From: Paramecium tetraurelia
Taxonomy: Eukaryota
Reading direction: 5' to 3'
NCBI GenBank assembly: GCA_000165425.1
Contig: CT868014.1
Span: 186,001 to 250,000 of the forward strand
Length of the DNA: 64,000 bases
Part shown: positions 1 to 11,783 of the stretch, piece by piece
Numbering within the stretch: position 1 is the first letter of the stretch
How the letters are laid out: every line of letters starts with the position of its first letter
Position numbers and translations under genes: made by a program
The notes under the pieces: model-generated
Seen by the model: only the letters and a program-made list of their open reading frames with translations
What the model was told of the DNA's origin: nothing
The model's database searches: none

Positions 1-1659
1 TTTTAGGTTCTGGAGCTTATTCTTCTGTTTACAAAGTGTAGAGAAAGTCTGATGGAAATATTTATGCTTTAAAGAAAGTAAATGGATATTATCAAATATA
101 ATAAAGGTTAAATTAGTAGATATAGGAGATAGAGAGAAATAGAATGCTCTTAATGAGGTCCGGTTTATTGCATCTATTCATCATGAGAATGTTGTTTCTT
201 ATAAGGAATGTTTTATTGAGGACAATAATTTATGGTATGATTAATCGTTGTAATCCAAGTATTATCATGGAGTACGCAGAAGGAGGAGATTTGTTGTAAA
301 AGATTTAGAGGTTTGTAAAAAAATAGTAAATGATTCCTGAATAAGAAATATGGCAAGTTGCAATTTAAGTTTTATAGGGATTAAGAGCACTACATCATAA
401 AAAAATACTGCACCGAGATTTGAAATGTGCAAATATCTTCCTATATGAAAACGACTAGGTCAAGCTTGGGGACTTCAATGTTTCCAAACTAGCCAAAAAT
501 GGTTTAGTTTACACTCAAACAGGCACCCCCTATTACGCAAGTCCAGAGGTTTGGTAAGACAAACCATATGATCACAAGGCTGATATTTGGTCCCTGGGGT
601 GTGTGATTTACGAGGCCTGCGCTCTGAAACCGTACATATGATCCTACTATTAGATTAGACCATTCAGAGCCAAAGATATGGACGGACTTTATAAATCTGT
701 TCTGAGAGGCTAATATTAACCCATCCCAGTGATCTACTCTCAAGAGTTGGTTCAGTTAATTAAAACTATGATGCAAGTGCATCCTCAAAATAGACCGGAT
801 TGTGGTAAAGATTTAAGACTAAAACATTAGACAAGTTACTCCAATATTAATATGTGTAGAAGAAGGCCAAACAGTATGGGATACCCTTGATCTCAGAGGA
901 TATAGAGGATGATTTACTAAAGACAATCAAGTGGCCAATCACTAGGAAGGGATTGTAAGCCAACAAGTCTGAACTCATCAATCTAAATTTCCAATTGCCT
1001 GGTAGCAACTACTTGAATCAGCATAATTCAAATCATTTAAGGAGAAACCAACAATCTAATAGAATTAAATCTTAAGATACTAATGATTCCATATCTCTAA
1101 ATCAACCTAACGAAGCTTTGCATCAATTAATGAAGCAAATCACTCAACTTGAATAGAAGGATATTGAGAAGAGTCCTAATGTCAAATAGAATCTAAACAA
1201 ATCTACTTCAAAATAGACCATTTAAGATAATATCTTGCCTCCAGATAGAAGATTGAGAGTGTCAAATTCTACTCACGAAAAACATGAGAAGTATGAATCA
1301 GTCTAACCGTAATAAATTAAATTATTATTAAAAGTAAATGCATCTCGAAGGATCGAATAGAACATCAAATTCAAATAAACTCTAATTATTATGCCAAGGA
1401 TGTTATCTAATCCCTCAATAAATAACACTATTCATAGAAGTTACCAATCATCTCTGGAACTTAAAGATAGGATGATGAATAGTATATCCTCAGAAAGAAT
1501 TCCTCCAATGAAAGAAATCCTAGTAACCATATTAAGAGATCAAAACATGAATCATTGAAGAAGGATCTCTCTATGCAACCTAGTGCAGAAAGACCTACTG
1601 TGTTAATGAAGATAATTGAAGAACATCAATAACTACCTAGAATAAAAAAAAAGTTGTGA
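1..1659 (+). CDS. NIMA-related (NEK) Ser/Thr kinase, 5'-partial, several tiny introns
   Basis: Table-6 translation gives LGSGAYSSVYKV..YALKKVK, NALNEVRFIAS, HRDLKCANIFL, LGDFNVSK, TQTGTPYYASPEVW. Introns include 78-106 (29 nt). TGA at 1657-1659. Confidence 0.93.
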
Positions 1660-1717
1660 GTTTATAATTAAATAATCACACTATACATAATTTTCCAAAC
1701 ATTATTATTAATATTTT

Positions 1718-3292
1718 TCAGAAATAGCTGAAAATTTAAGCATTCCATCCATCAACAATTACACCTAATCCATTATTTCTCATATCATCTCCACTTCTTA
1801 CATAAGTTTATCCACTAATTAATTCGGTTATAGTTTATTATCCACTCGAAGCGTCACTTAATTTTACAAGTCCATATCCTGATCCGTCAGAGAAATTAAT
1901 AACAACAACTATTTTCTCTTATTAATAAGTCCACTATCCAATATTTCAATATAATTACTCTAAAAGCAAAGAATTTCCAATTCTAATCACCAGTGACATT
2001 CAATTGAGTCCAATTTCCTGATTTGAATACATCTCTTTTTAAGATATCCATGATCTTTCCATAAAATGATTTAACGTAAGTTGAACCACTCTCCTTATAA
2101 CTTCTTCTAAGGTGGACATCCAATTTATTGGACAATCCCTCCAATTAACCATGATTAACAAATCTAGCTCCTGGGATAGAGTAACTCATTAATGCAGCAA
2201 CACAGGATATATAATCCTTGCCACTGAATTTTATGATAGCTCTTGGTTCATCATGATTTTCAACAAAATGATTTGAATGAGATGCATACTAGTCATTAAT
2301 ATAAAGTAAATACATTGAAATCCAAATTGGATAAGATGGGTCTAACCTTTCCAACATCCAATGTAGCCTATTGATCCAATAACCATTTCTCATACACGTA
2401 ATCAAATCCTAGATTTATTAGATCTTATTCTTTGCTCCAATAGACTTCAGCCAAAAAGATAACATCTGGATATTGTTATTTAGTTTCTTTGATGGCTTCA
2501 GACCAAAATTCAGTCGATGGTCTCTTGTAACCCCAAGCATCTAATTAAGGTTTCCACTTGTTGTAGAAGAGATCATTCAATATGACCATTGCCATATCAC
2601 ATCTCATACCATCTGACATCGAAGCTATCTTCTTCACTACAGTCTTGAGGTAGTTCCTAGTATCGTTGTTCCAGTAATTCCATTGAGCGGTGTCTTTCCA
2701 AAATCCATCCCATTGGTCACCACCGTAACTAACTCCATCAGGTAAGTAATATTCTGAGTCATAGGGTGTTGGAGTATTGGGTGGAGCTCTTATGAAATAG
2801 TCAATATTTGATGTTCTATATGGACTATCGATTGCAGAATGATTAGGAACAAAATCGAGCATGAGCTTTAAACCCATAGCATTAAGTTTTTATCTCAGAT
2901 TTATAATATCCTAGTCTGTCCCGAGTTCTGAATTACAGACAAATTCTGTGATTGCGTAAGGTGACCCAATGACATCATCAATCGTAAAATCAGGCAAGTT
3001 GGACTTATATTCATTCGCATGTGCTCTATCAAAGTCCAATCCGTATTATCCAAGTTACCAAATACCTAAATTAACAATAAAACTCACCCATTAGCCAAAC
3101 ATAATCAACTCCAATGTCTTTCAGATGTTGAAATTCTTCCATGGGAATATCATTCAATTTCGAAATATTTCTTCCGTATTTATTAGTTAATTCATATAGC
3201 CAGGGTCTCAATGATAATTCATAGATTGTAGGGTTGTATGCATACACCAAAACATTCATTAATAAAACTCCAATGACAAATTTATACATCAT
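1718..3292 (-). CDS. Secreted alpha-amylase family (GH13) glycoside hydrolase
   Basis: Signal-like N-terminus MMYKFVIGVLLMNVLVYA. Conserved regions LMLDFVPNH, DGMRCDMAM (nucleophile Asp), FLAEVYW (acid/base Glu) and FVENHDEPR. Tiny introns present. TGA at 1718-1720. Confidence 0.9.
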
Positions 3293-5751
3293 ATTAATAA
3301 ATAAAATCAATTTATTAATACAATTCTTTTGATTAATTATTAATTGATTAAATGGAATAAACATAATATTCTTAATTCTAGGAAAAAAATATGATTTGGA
3401 ATAACCACTAAAACATTTCTGTTAATCTCTACTCTTAAATCTTATCAATTAATTAATTTAATTTTATGTTTTTTCTAATTAGTAGAAGGATACTATTCAA
3501 AAATGTCAATTGTTCTGGTGTTTAACTTATATCGACTCTTTTATTAATTCGATTCTAAGCTCATTCCTTATCTGTAAAAAAGTAATTAAAAATTTCTAGA
3601 TTGCAATTAATAAACTTTCTAATTAATTTTATAATAATAATCATATTTACAATACAGATGAATTGCCTTTGTTTAAAGTAAAATGTTTTTAGTTTTTTTC
3701 TAAATTTTCTCAAGAATTTAAACCAATTCTTAATCCAATTGATAACTTATTGTTTGTTATTGGCCCATTTAGTGGAGCTCATGTAAAAAATTAAGCTAAT
3801 AATTCATAAATTTATATTTATTTGATGACCTTCATTAAATTACAATGGTTGGATATTTTATTCAATTCATTGATCCTATATACCTAAGTATTTATGAATC
3901 GTTTTATATTCCATTTTACAAATATCAACTTTATTCTCTCTTAATTCTTAAATAATTTAAATAGAACATAACAAGAAAATGAGAATCAATTTCAAATGAT
4001 TATGTATTATCTGTATTATTTCGGTTCACTATCTACTTCTATACTTTATCCCTTAAATCAAGGAAAACAATTATTAACTCATACTTCATTCTATGTATAT
4101 TCACATTTTTCAATATTTAATTAAAAGAGTCCCTTACATACTCTTATTAATGCAATTGACACACTTAATTCCATATCTCTCTTTATTTAATGAACTATTA
4201 ATTAGTGGAACATCTTGATCTTAATGCTGAAATGCACTTCTTCGAAATTTCTATAATTTTTATTTCATTACTATTTTTTTTCCACAAACAATTATTCACT
4301 GAAGGTATTTTTTATTAGGCATCTAATGAAAAGAATTTGTTTTCCTTTACATAAGGTACAATTGAATAAAAATCTATCCAAGCTATTGGAACTTACTTAT
4401 TAGGAACTTCATATTTCCAAACTCAATTTAAATTGGTTAACTTTAAGATTATAAGAATAGACCTTTCCGCTAATTAATTTGTTTTCTTGAAATCTCTTAT
4501 AATAGATAAGGTCCTCAAGACTTCTAATTATAGGTATTCTAATTTTAATCAATCAAATCAATAAAACTTAATATACGATAACGATATTCACATTAAAATT
4601 ATTGCTATTTTTATCACACTTCCAAATATATTACTATTTCTATCTCTTAATTTACTCAAATTCGAGAAGATGATTTTTAATATGAATGGTGAATGGATCT
4701 CATCTATATTAAATAGAAAAACATGAATTAGAATTTAGACTTATATTAATAAATTGCTTATATAAGGGTTCGCTCTTTCAAATTAAATTAATTTATCATT
4801 AACTATATTGTATATTAATGTATTATTAAGATGATTAATATTGAAACTGAAAAGGATGCATTAATATTCAGAAATTAAGAATTAATTATTTTTTATTCTG
4901 ATAAATAAATTCAAATTAAACTAAAAAAATTATTTAATTAAAAGGGCATTTAAATATTCGTAAAGAACATGGTTATCACTTGTTTAATTATTTAAAAATC
5001 AGTATTAGAAGTGGAATGTTTAAGGTTAATTTACACATATGTAATATTCCATGACTTCTTATAGATTTAAAATGATTTCAAAAGCTGGAATTATAGCAAC
5101 GAGAAATTGAAAAACAATAATTTGAGTAAGAGTGAACTCTGCAACCTTATGGTTTTAACAATCATTTAAAAAAATTATGAACTTTCTTTAAGTCTTCAGC
5201 AATTAAATTAAAAATTTTCAGTCTGTTTTTCATAAAAGCCGAGCTGAGATTTCCATTGAACATCATTATTTAATAAGAAGTGAGGAATAAACTCCAAAAT
5301 TATAGTTTAGAGTGATTATCAATTGAGAAACAATAGGAGCAAATTTGATATTTTACCTATTTTTGATTTCCCACTAGTTAATTAATTAATTAACAAAATT
5401 CTTTTTTTTTGGTGGTATAAGCATGAATAAATTATAAAGATTGAAATTTTAACATCGTTTTTGTTCTCTTTAGTAATATAATACAATTATGAAATTTTTG
5501 ATCTCTTTAATTGATTCAAAGATGACTAATTCTTTTAATAAAATTCAGGATTAATAATACAGAATGAATTTAAAAATTCACTGAAATTCACTGACTGCAG
5601 TGAATGTCAAATTCGTGTAGAAATCTATCTGGGATGCCGATAATTGTGAAATTTAGTATCAAATTATTACATCAGGACTCTTTTATTTAACAAAAGAAAT
5701 TTCATTAAATACATTATCATTAAATCTTTTTTTTTACAACCCCATCACTAG

Positions 5752-6517
5752 ATGATTGACATGAATATCAAGCCAGAAAAGAAACAGAAGTATAAATCTG
5801 TGAATTCAGAGGAAAGATCGAAAATCATAAATTATTTTATTGAAGGTTCACTATCAGCCTCTCAGGTACAATTATAATCAATATAATTAGATTGCTTAGA
5901 TCACGGGGCATAACCTTTCTACAATAAAAGCTATTTTTCGAATATACAGAAATGAAGGAAGAATAAATAAAAAAGAAAAAAGGGATCGGGAGGTCCATAT
6001 CTAAAAAAATGTAGCAGTTTTTATTGTCGATGACTAGTACTTATGATATTCATTATTATTTAGAACAAGATCTTTGAAGTTTATTTCCAAATAACACATG
6101 AAACAAGAAGTAATTTTAAGAAGTCATGATAAATTTTGTGAATCCTAAATTGATATACTCAATGAAACCTTATAGAAGTCAGCTAGTGAAGTAAGAAACA
6201 ATTTGAACAGTTTTCAATCAAAAAGGAATTTTGACTAAGCCTTATAAAGAATGTTAACAAATGGTAAAAAAGAAGATGATTTTATCAATATATCCTCAAA
6301 TACTACTTTCTAACTAGATGCCAATACTCGGGTTAACGTGTCCAAAATTTCAAATTTATTAAAAAATAAAGAAGACTAACTTTCTAAAAAAGCCCCCTTA
6401 CTAACACCTTAAAAGACTTGGTTTAAATAAGATCATCAATTAACTGATCTCAAACGAGTTTTTGAGTTATAAGTACAGGAATATCTAGGAAAATCTCATT
6501 CTGATAATTTAAAATGA
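5752..6517 (+). CDS. Helix-turn-helix (homeodomain-like / Tc1-IS630 N-terminal-like) DNA-binding protein
   Basis: YKSVNSEERSKIINYFIEGSLSASQ|IAQITGHNLSTIKAIFRIYRNEGRINKKEKR, joined across a 25-nt intron. TGA at 6515-6517. Confidence 0.7.
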
Positions 6518-7001
6518 TTTTAAATTTTATTCAGAATTAAAATCTATAATTATTGTAAAATAATCTCCTATTCTAAGTAATATTATTTATTATTCCATTT
6601 ATATATCAAATACTCTTTACACTAAAAAATGGTGTTCAATTCTGTATTGAATTTCGATAATCAGCTAATTAAACTTTTTAATTCCATAGGCGATAAATTA
6701 ATTTAAAAGATGTACATTATTAAATAAATTTTTACACAATATAAATAGTACCAAAAAAGATTACAATTGACCAAATTTCAATTGATGTTTTATTAAAAAT
6801 ATTCTATAATTTACTCCACTATTTCATCCTTATTTCTGTGAAATTTGGCGAATCCCCCCCTATTATATTTAACCACATGATCACTTCTATTTTGCAATAA
6901 ATTCCCTTCGCACTAATAAATTAACAAAAAGTTATATATATTCTAAATTGTATTTTTTCAAAAACTCTTATTTTTTCTTATAAAGAATATCATCATTGGT
7001 T

Positions 7002-7633
7002 TCAAACTTAAAAGAAATTACTGTTTCCTCCCCATAAATTTCTTGGACTAACCCTTAAATCTTGGAACTTCCATTAAACCTAATTCTAATTTATTTAAGT
7101 TTAGATCTTATGCTAGACAATTGGAATATCATAATCACAGGCTAAACATACTAATTAAACTATTAAATATAATTTCAGTTCTTTGAAGATTTCTATTGCT
7201 TTGACAACATAACATAAATGTTCAATTTTAGAAACATAGGATATTTCACAAAGCTTATTTCTATCATTTTATTGATGTTTCTTATGTTAATCAAATTCCT
7301 ATTCTTAAAGGATCAAAGATTATACAAATACTGGTCAGCATTGATTAGCGCTTAATCATTTGAATATCGAACAAATAATCTTAATAATTATCTCTGTAAT
7401 AGTAAATGACAATTCAGCTTCTCTTAATGATATTCCGCAGATGCTGCAACTCTCAATCCAAAATGAGAAATTTTGGATAGATCTAATAGTGTTTTACTCT
7501 AAAGGAAGTGAGGTTCCTCCTGATGGAATAAATACTATTTTTAGTTCAGATGGTTTAGAAAGAAGTCCTTCAGTTTATAAACATTTTAGAGAAGTGGTTG
7601 TTTGTCGATTTATTGTTCTATAAGATTGATCAT
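7002..7633 (-). CDS. Hypothetical protein (boundaries uncertain)
   Basis: ATG 7633 opens ~100 table-6 codons (MINLIEQQIDKQPLLQNVYKLKDFFLNHLN...). Continuation needs a ~33-nt intron. No recognisable domain. Confidence 0.4.
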
Positions 7634-7676
7634 AATTAAAAGTTAATGTACTTATGTGTATAATATTATGTATTTT

Positions 7677-8223
7677 TCATTTTTCAACTTTAAGCTCTCC
7701 AGAATTGATTTTTCCGATGATTGCCTTAACTGGTTAACCATCAACTGTAGCTCCCAAGGATTATGCAGTTCCTAAGACTTATTTAACAGTTCCAGTGAAG
7801 GTTTTGGCCAATGATTTTTCTTCAACAGCTCTGGCAACTTTGATGACTTATTCAAGAGTCAAATTTCCATTGTGTTTAACATTCTTGGTCTTCTTTCTAT
7901 CTCTTTCGTATCCCTATAATAGATAAATTGGATGATTTACTCCGATTTCCTTAATGAGTAATGCACTTGATGTTGGAATGACTGTGACATCAGCATTTCT
8001 GTTTTAACATCTCAAATTAACCATAACTCTGATACCCTTCCATTTACCACTTTCAGCAATAATCTTATCACCAACTTATTTTGGATTCTGTTTGATAAGC
8101 AATAATAATTACAAGACCGAGGGGTCCCAACTTGGGAGCAAGAGTGGAAGCAGGACCTCCTTCTCCTCCGAAGACTTTAATGTTGATCAATCTAACTTCA
8201 TTTGGGTCGACTTTGGGAGGCAT
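7677..8223 (-). CDS. RPL12: 60S ribosomal protein L12 (uL11)
   Basis: [65 protein letters not shown]. Two tiny introns. Confidence 0.97.
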
Positions 8224-8280
8224 TAAAAAAGATTTAAATTTTTTTAATTCTTCATTAAATCTCAATATAAAACACAAGAA

Positions 8281-9198
8281 TCAAGCATTCTTTCTGAAGT
8301 TTGCACTAACAATTGATGGAGGCCAGAATTCAACTCTATTTGTTTAAGTTCCTCCAAACTTCTCCTCAATTTACTCTTTGTTCACAGATTAAAACAATTA
8401 TTTCACCTAAATAATAAGTATTAACAATACATCTCCTTTGACAAATATTATTTTTTATTAAGTAATCTCCTCCAAAAATAATTTTGCCATATTCCAAGTC
8501 ACATTTAACATCATAGTTGTATTAAAAATGAACATTCTATACAATCTGGATCTGTAGTTATTTTATAAATAGGACATCACTTACTTTAAAGCCTTAGAAT
8601 AATAATAACTAGATTTACATTAATCTAAAGTCCAATCATTCCTTTATAATCAAGATCAATTAAAATGACCCAATTTTCAACTTTGCCTGGTACCATCATA
8701 TCATTAACAACAACTTATAAGAAGTAGGTCAATCCTCTCAGATATTATTCAAGACTCATTGAATTAAAATTAACCTTATATGCATTCAAGACAATTATGG
8801 GTCTGTAAGAATGATCTCTTCCTTAGATGTAAATAATTCCAGCTTTCTAATGATTATTATGGGAAAATTACTAGAAATTATTCAACCTGTTCATCGTAGT
8901 TGATGGGTAAGGTTTTTACCCATTCTTCATATTGTTACATGGTTGAAACAGTCTAATCTTTTTTGAAATTGTTGGCTTATAAGAATCTCAAAATTTATGG
9001 CCTTGTCCAAATGGGATTTTAGAAAGGGCCTGCTTCTTCAAGAAATTTATTAATGGCAGCATTATCTTGCTCATCTAGTTCTCCTTCAAATAATCTTCTA
9101 ATGGTATGTTTTCCAATTTTGGTCTTTTTCTCATCAGCAGTTGGTTCATAATTAAGAATTTCTTGATTTGGTTTAATTAAAGGATATGATTGATCCAT
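8281..9198 (-). CDS. CRAL-TRIO (Sec14-like) lipid-binding protein
   Basis: ILRFLQANNF, GIIYIQGRDHSYRPIIVLN, VENWVILIDL, QIEEKFGG. TGA at 8281-8283. Confidence 0.85.
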
Positions 9199-9332
9199 AA
9201 TATTATTAATAAATATTTAAATTATTTATTCCTTTCAACCACTCTAAGAATAGCATTCGAAGATTTGAGGATTGAATGAGTGTCTGATGTTCATTCCTAA
9301 AATCAAGAAATTATATTATAAATAAATTAATA

Positions 9333-10235
9333 TCAGACTTTTTATTGTCTTGGAACATTCCTGATAAGAAGTTGTTATTGTTGATTGGAATTTCTGCTGC
9401 TGTTTTTCTGTTTTCCATAAAAGTATAACTATTATGTGGATTGAAGCAATTCCATCAATTTATCTCTATTTGAATGTTTTTTTAGTAGGTCCGATGCCTT
9501 TTTCCCTTTTAATGATTACAAGTCCTTTTAGGCCTAATTAATAAGCTATATAAAGGTACTCCATTTTCAATTAGGAATTTAATTATCTAATAGTTGATGT
9601 CAGCTTCTTTCTAATTCAATTCCATCCTTATTGAACATAACTACATCAGGAGATTGAACCCGTGAGTTTTATCGACAATCCAATTGATGTCGGCTCCGTA
9701 ATGAAGTAACAATTCAGCCATTTTGAAACAAATTTTTCGATTTTCAAATACATTTTTTTCCTTTTGAAATATATAATAGTATGTTAAAGTACTTCTTCTA
9801 ATCGTGCAAAACACATAATAAACGCAGTCTAATTAAAGGTATTGGGCTTGTTAACTTCAGCTCCAGCGTCAAGGAGTATTTTTAGAATTTCATAATTTCC
9901 TGTCATGGCTGCAATCGATAATGGAGTTTATCCTGAATCCATACTTGCTAAATCAACATCAACTTATGTATTAGAAAGCAACAGTTTCACTATCTCAAGT
10001 CTTCCCAAGTAACATGCACAAATCAAAGGTGATATTTTCTAATCTACTTCAATCTCATTAAAGGACTCCAAAAAATTGATATTTGCTATTTGAAACTCAA
10101 CCATAAATACCTTTATTTATGCCCAATTCTTTGAGAGTATCATAATCATTTTGATGGATTAGATGTAGAATTAATTGCTAATTTATATTTAAAACATACT
10201 TGCTCTGATAAGGTTTTTTCTTCTGCTTAAAACAT
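9333..10235 (-). CDS. Ankyrin-repeat protein
   Basis: SPLICACYLGRLEIVKLLL, TPLSIAAMTGNYEILKILLDAGAEVN, QTAFIMCF. 3' end approximate. Confidence 0.85.
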
Positions 10236-10548
10236 TAATTACTTAAAAATATATAAAAAAATTAATGATTCAAATTATCACATTCTGTAGATATAAAATT
10301 CTTGTGTACCTAATCTTAAATCCAATAAAAACACTAAGGGCATTCTAATCATTTCAATCGAATCATTTTATTAAATTTCACACTCTTTCATATAAATTCT
10401 AATAATTTGAATTATAATCAGAGAATTTTTTGCATAAAACATCATTAATTAATTGTCTATTGTAAAATAGACATGTGTCTATCTACTATTTCTCATACAA
10501 ATAGTAATTTATAATGAATTTATAATGAAATATATATATTTCAGCAAC

Positions 10549-10979
10549 TCATTGTTAGACTTCATTTTTTACTTTTTATAAGTTATTAGCATCGATTTCA
10601 GGATATTAAAAGGGATTATGGAGTTTCAATCCTCTTTGATCTAATTCATTAACTATGTCATTTGTAGTTAATTATAGCTTTTCATCTGGATCCTTCTCTT
10701 TTTTTCTCATTCTATCTTAGATTAATTTTTAAACCATGGAATCTGTCATTTCGATCATCCATTTATCAGTTAGATGAGCTTTAATTTAAGAGCACTCAAA
10801 CCTATTAATTTATAGCAATTTTAATCGTTTGTCTAAAATCCGCTGGCTTCCAAAATTTCCTATATCAGAAACTCAGACATATTTGGTTTTTTTGAGTTTG
10901 TTTAGTAAATCAGACTATCTATGGATCCAGTAAATTGAGTTTTCTTTGAGGGTGGGATGTCTGATTATTATTAATTCAT
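10549..10979 (-). CDS. TAF10: TAF10-like histone-fold protein (TFIID/SAGA subunit), divergent
   Basis: PNMSEFLIQEILEASGFQTNDQNCYKLIAHLTDKWMIEMTDSMVQ..KLQLTTNDIVNELDQRGLKLHNPFQY follows the TAF10 pattern (P.IPD.V..YYL..SGF...D.R..RL.....QKF...I..DA.Q..LT.EDL..AL.E.G.....P.Y). One 23-nt intron. Confidence 0.7.
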
Positions 10980-10988
10980 AATAATATT

Positions 10989-11701
10989 ATGGAATATTAA
11001 GAAATATTGGATGGTTTTCAATTAATATGCAATGAATTATAGGGTTCTTAGAATTACAAAATTGTAATGGAATTGTATAACAGGTCAGCTAATTTGTAAG
11101 AGCTATTTGAACATGGGTTGATAATAGAGGGTACACAATATGATTTTGATTTGATTGAACACATAGATGTAACATTATCAGATTGAGTTTTTAGAATACG
11201 AAATTAGCATTAGACAAATTTGTTTAGAATATTTTGGATTCAGATGCTGTGGTTTAAGGACATAGAAAAATAACAAGTGCTTTTGCTTCTCTAAAAAAAC
11301 GATTGGTTTAGCAGGAAGAGTAATAAAAAGTGGTAATGACAAATTCTCAGGTTATTGCGCCTAATCCCATTTAATAATAAACACGCAATAAAGCTAAATT
11401 ATTTGACACGTAGCCAAATAGTGAAAATCTAGATAGTGAATTGCAAGAGGAGATCTTTAACATTACAAAGAGAATGAAAGGAATGGCTGTAGGTCTTTCA
11501 GAATAATTGAAATTTGATAACAAAGTCATTGATAAAATATTGCATAAACAAAATGCAAATTAGACCAAGTTGAAATTTGAAGAAAGCAAACTAACCAATC
11601 TTATGAAATCCAAAAGTTTAAGTTGCTCCTCACTATTTTTAATGCTTACTACATCCATATTTTTGTTCATCTTTGCCGTCATCTTCATTAGAATTTCATG
11701 A
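10989..11701 (+). CDS. USE1: USE1-like ER Qc-SNARE (tail-anchored)
   Basis: C-terminal LQEEIFNITKRMKGMAVGLSEQLKFDNKVIDKILHKQNANQTKLKFEESKL, then TM SLFLMLTTSIFLFIFAVIFIRIS. Matches the USE1 pattern (..LK..D...L......D.N...L..E..RL..TM-FIRI). Confidence 0.72.
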
Positions 11702-11783
11702 ATGTATATAAATTATTAATTATTGCTAATAAAACTTAATTTTATATATATATTTTTATTTGCATTAAAATTAATTTAACGGA

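Noticed and set aside
504..743. Minus-strand 79-aa ORF (likewise 8132-8347, 23003-23263, 24139-24444, 27991-28179)
   Set aside because: Antisense to well-supported conserved genes, with no independent coding signal.
6845..6854. TTGGCGAATC, repeated at 33045-33054 and E2F-site-like
   Set aside because: Repeated 10-mers are expected by chance in 64 kb, and there is no consistent position relative to gene starts.
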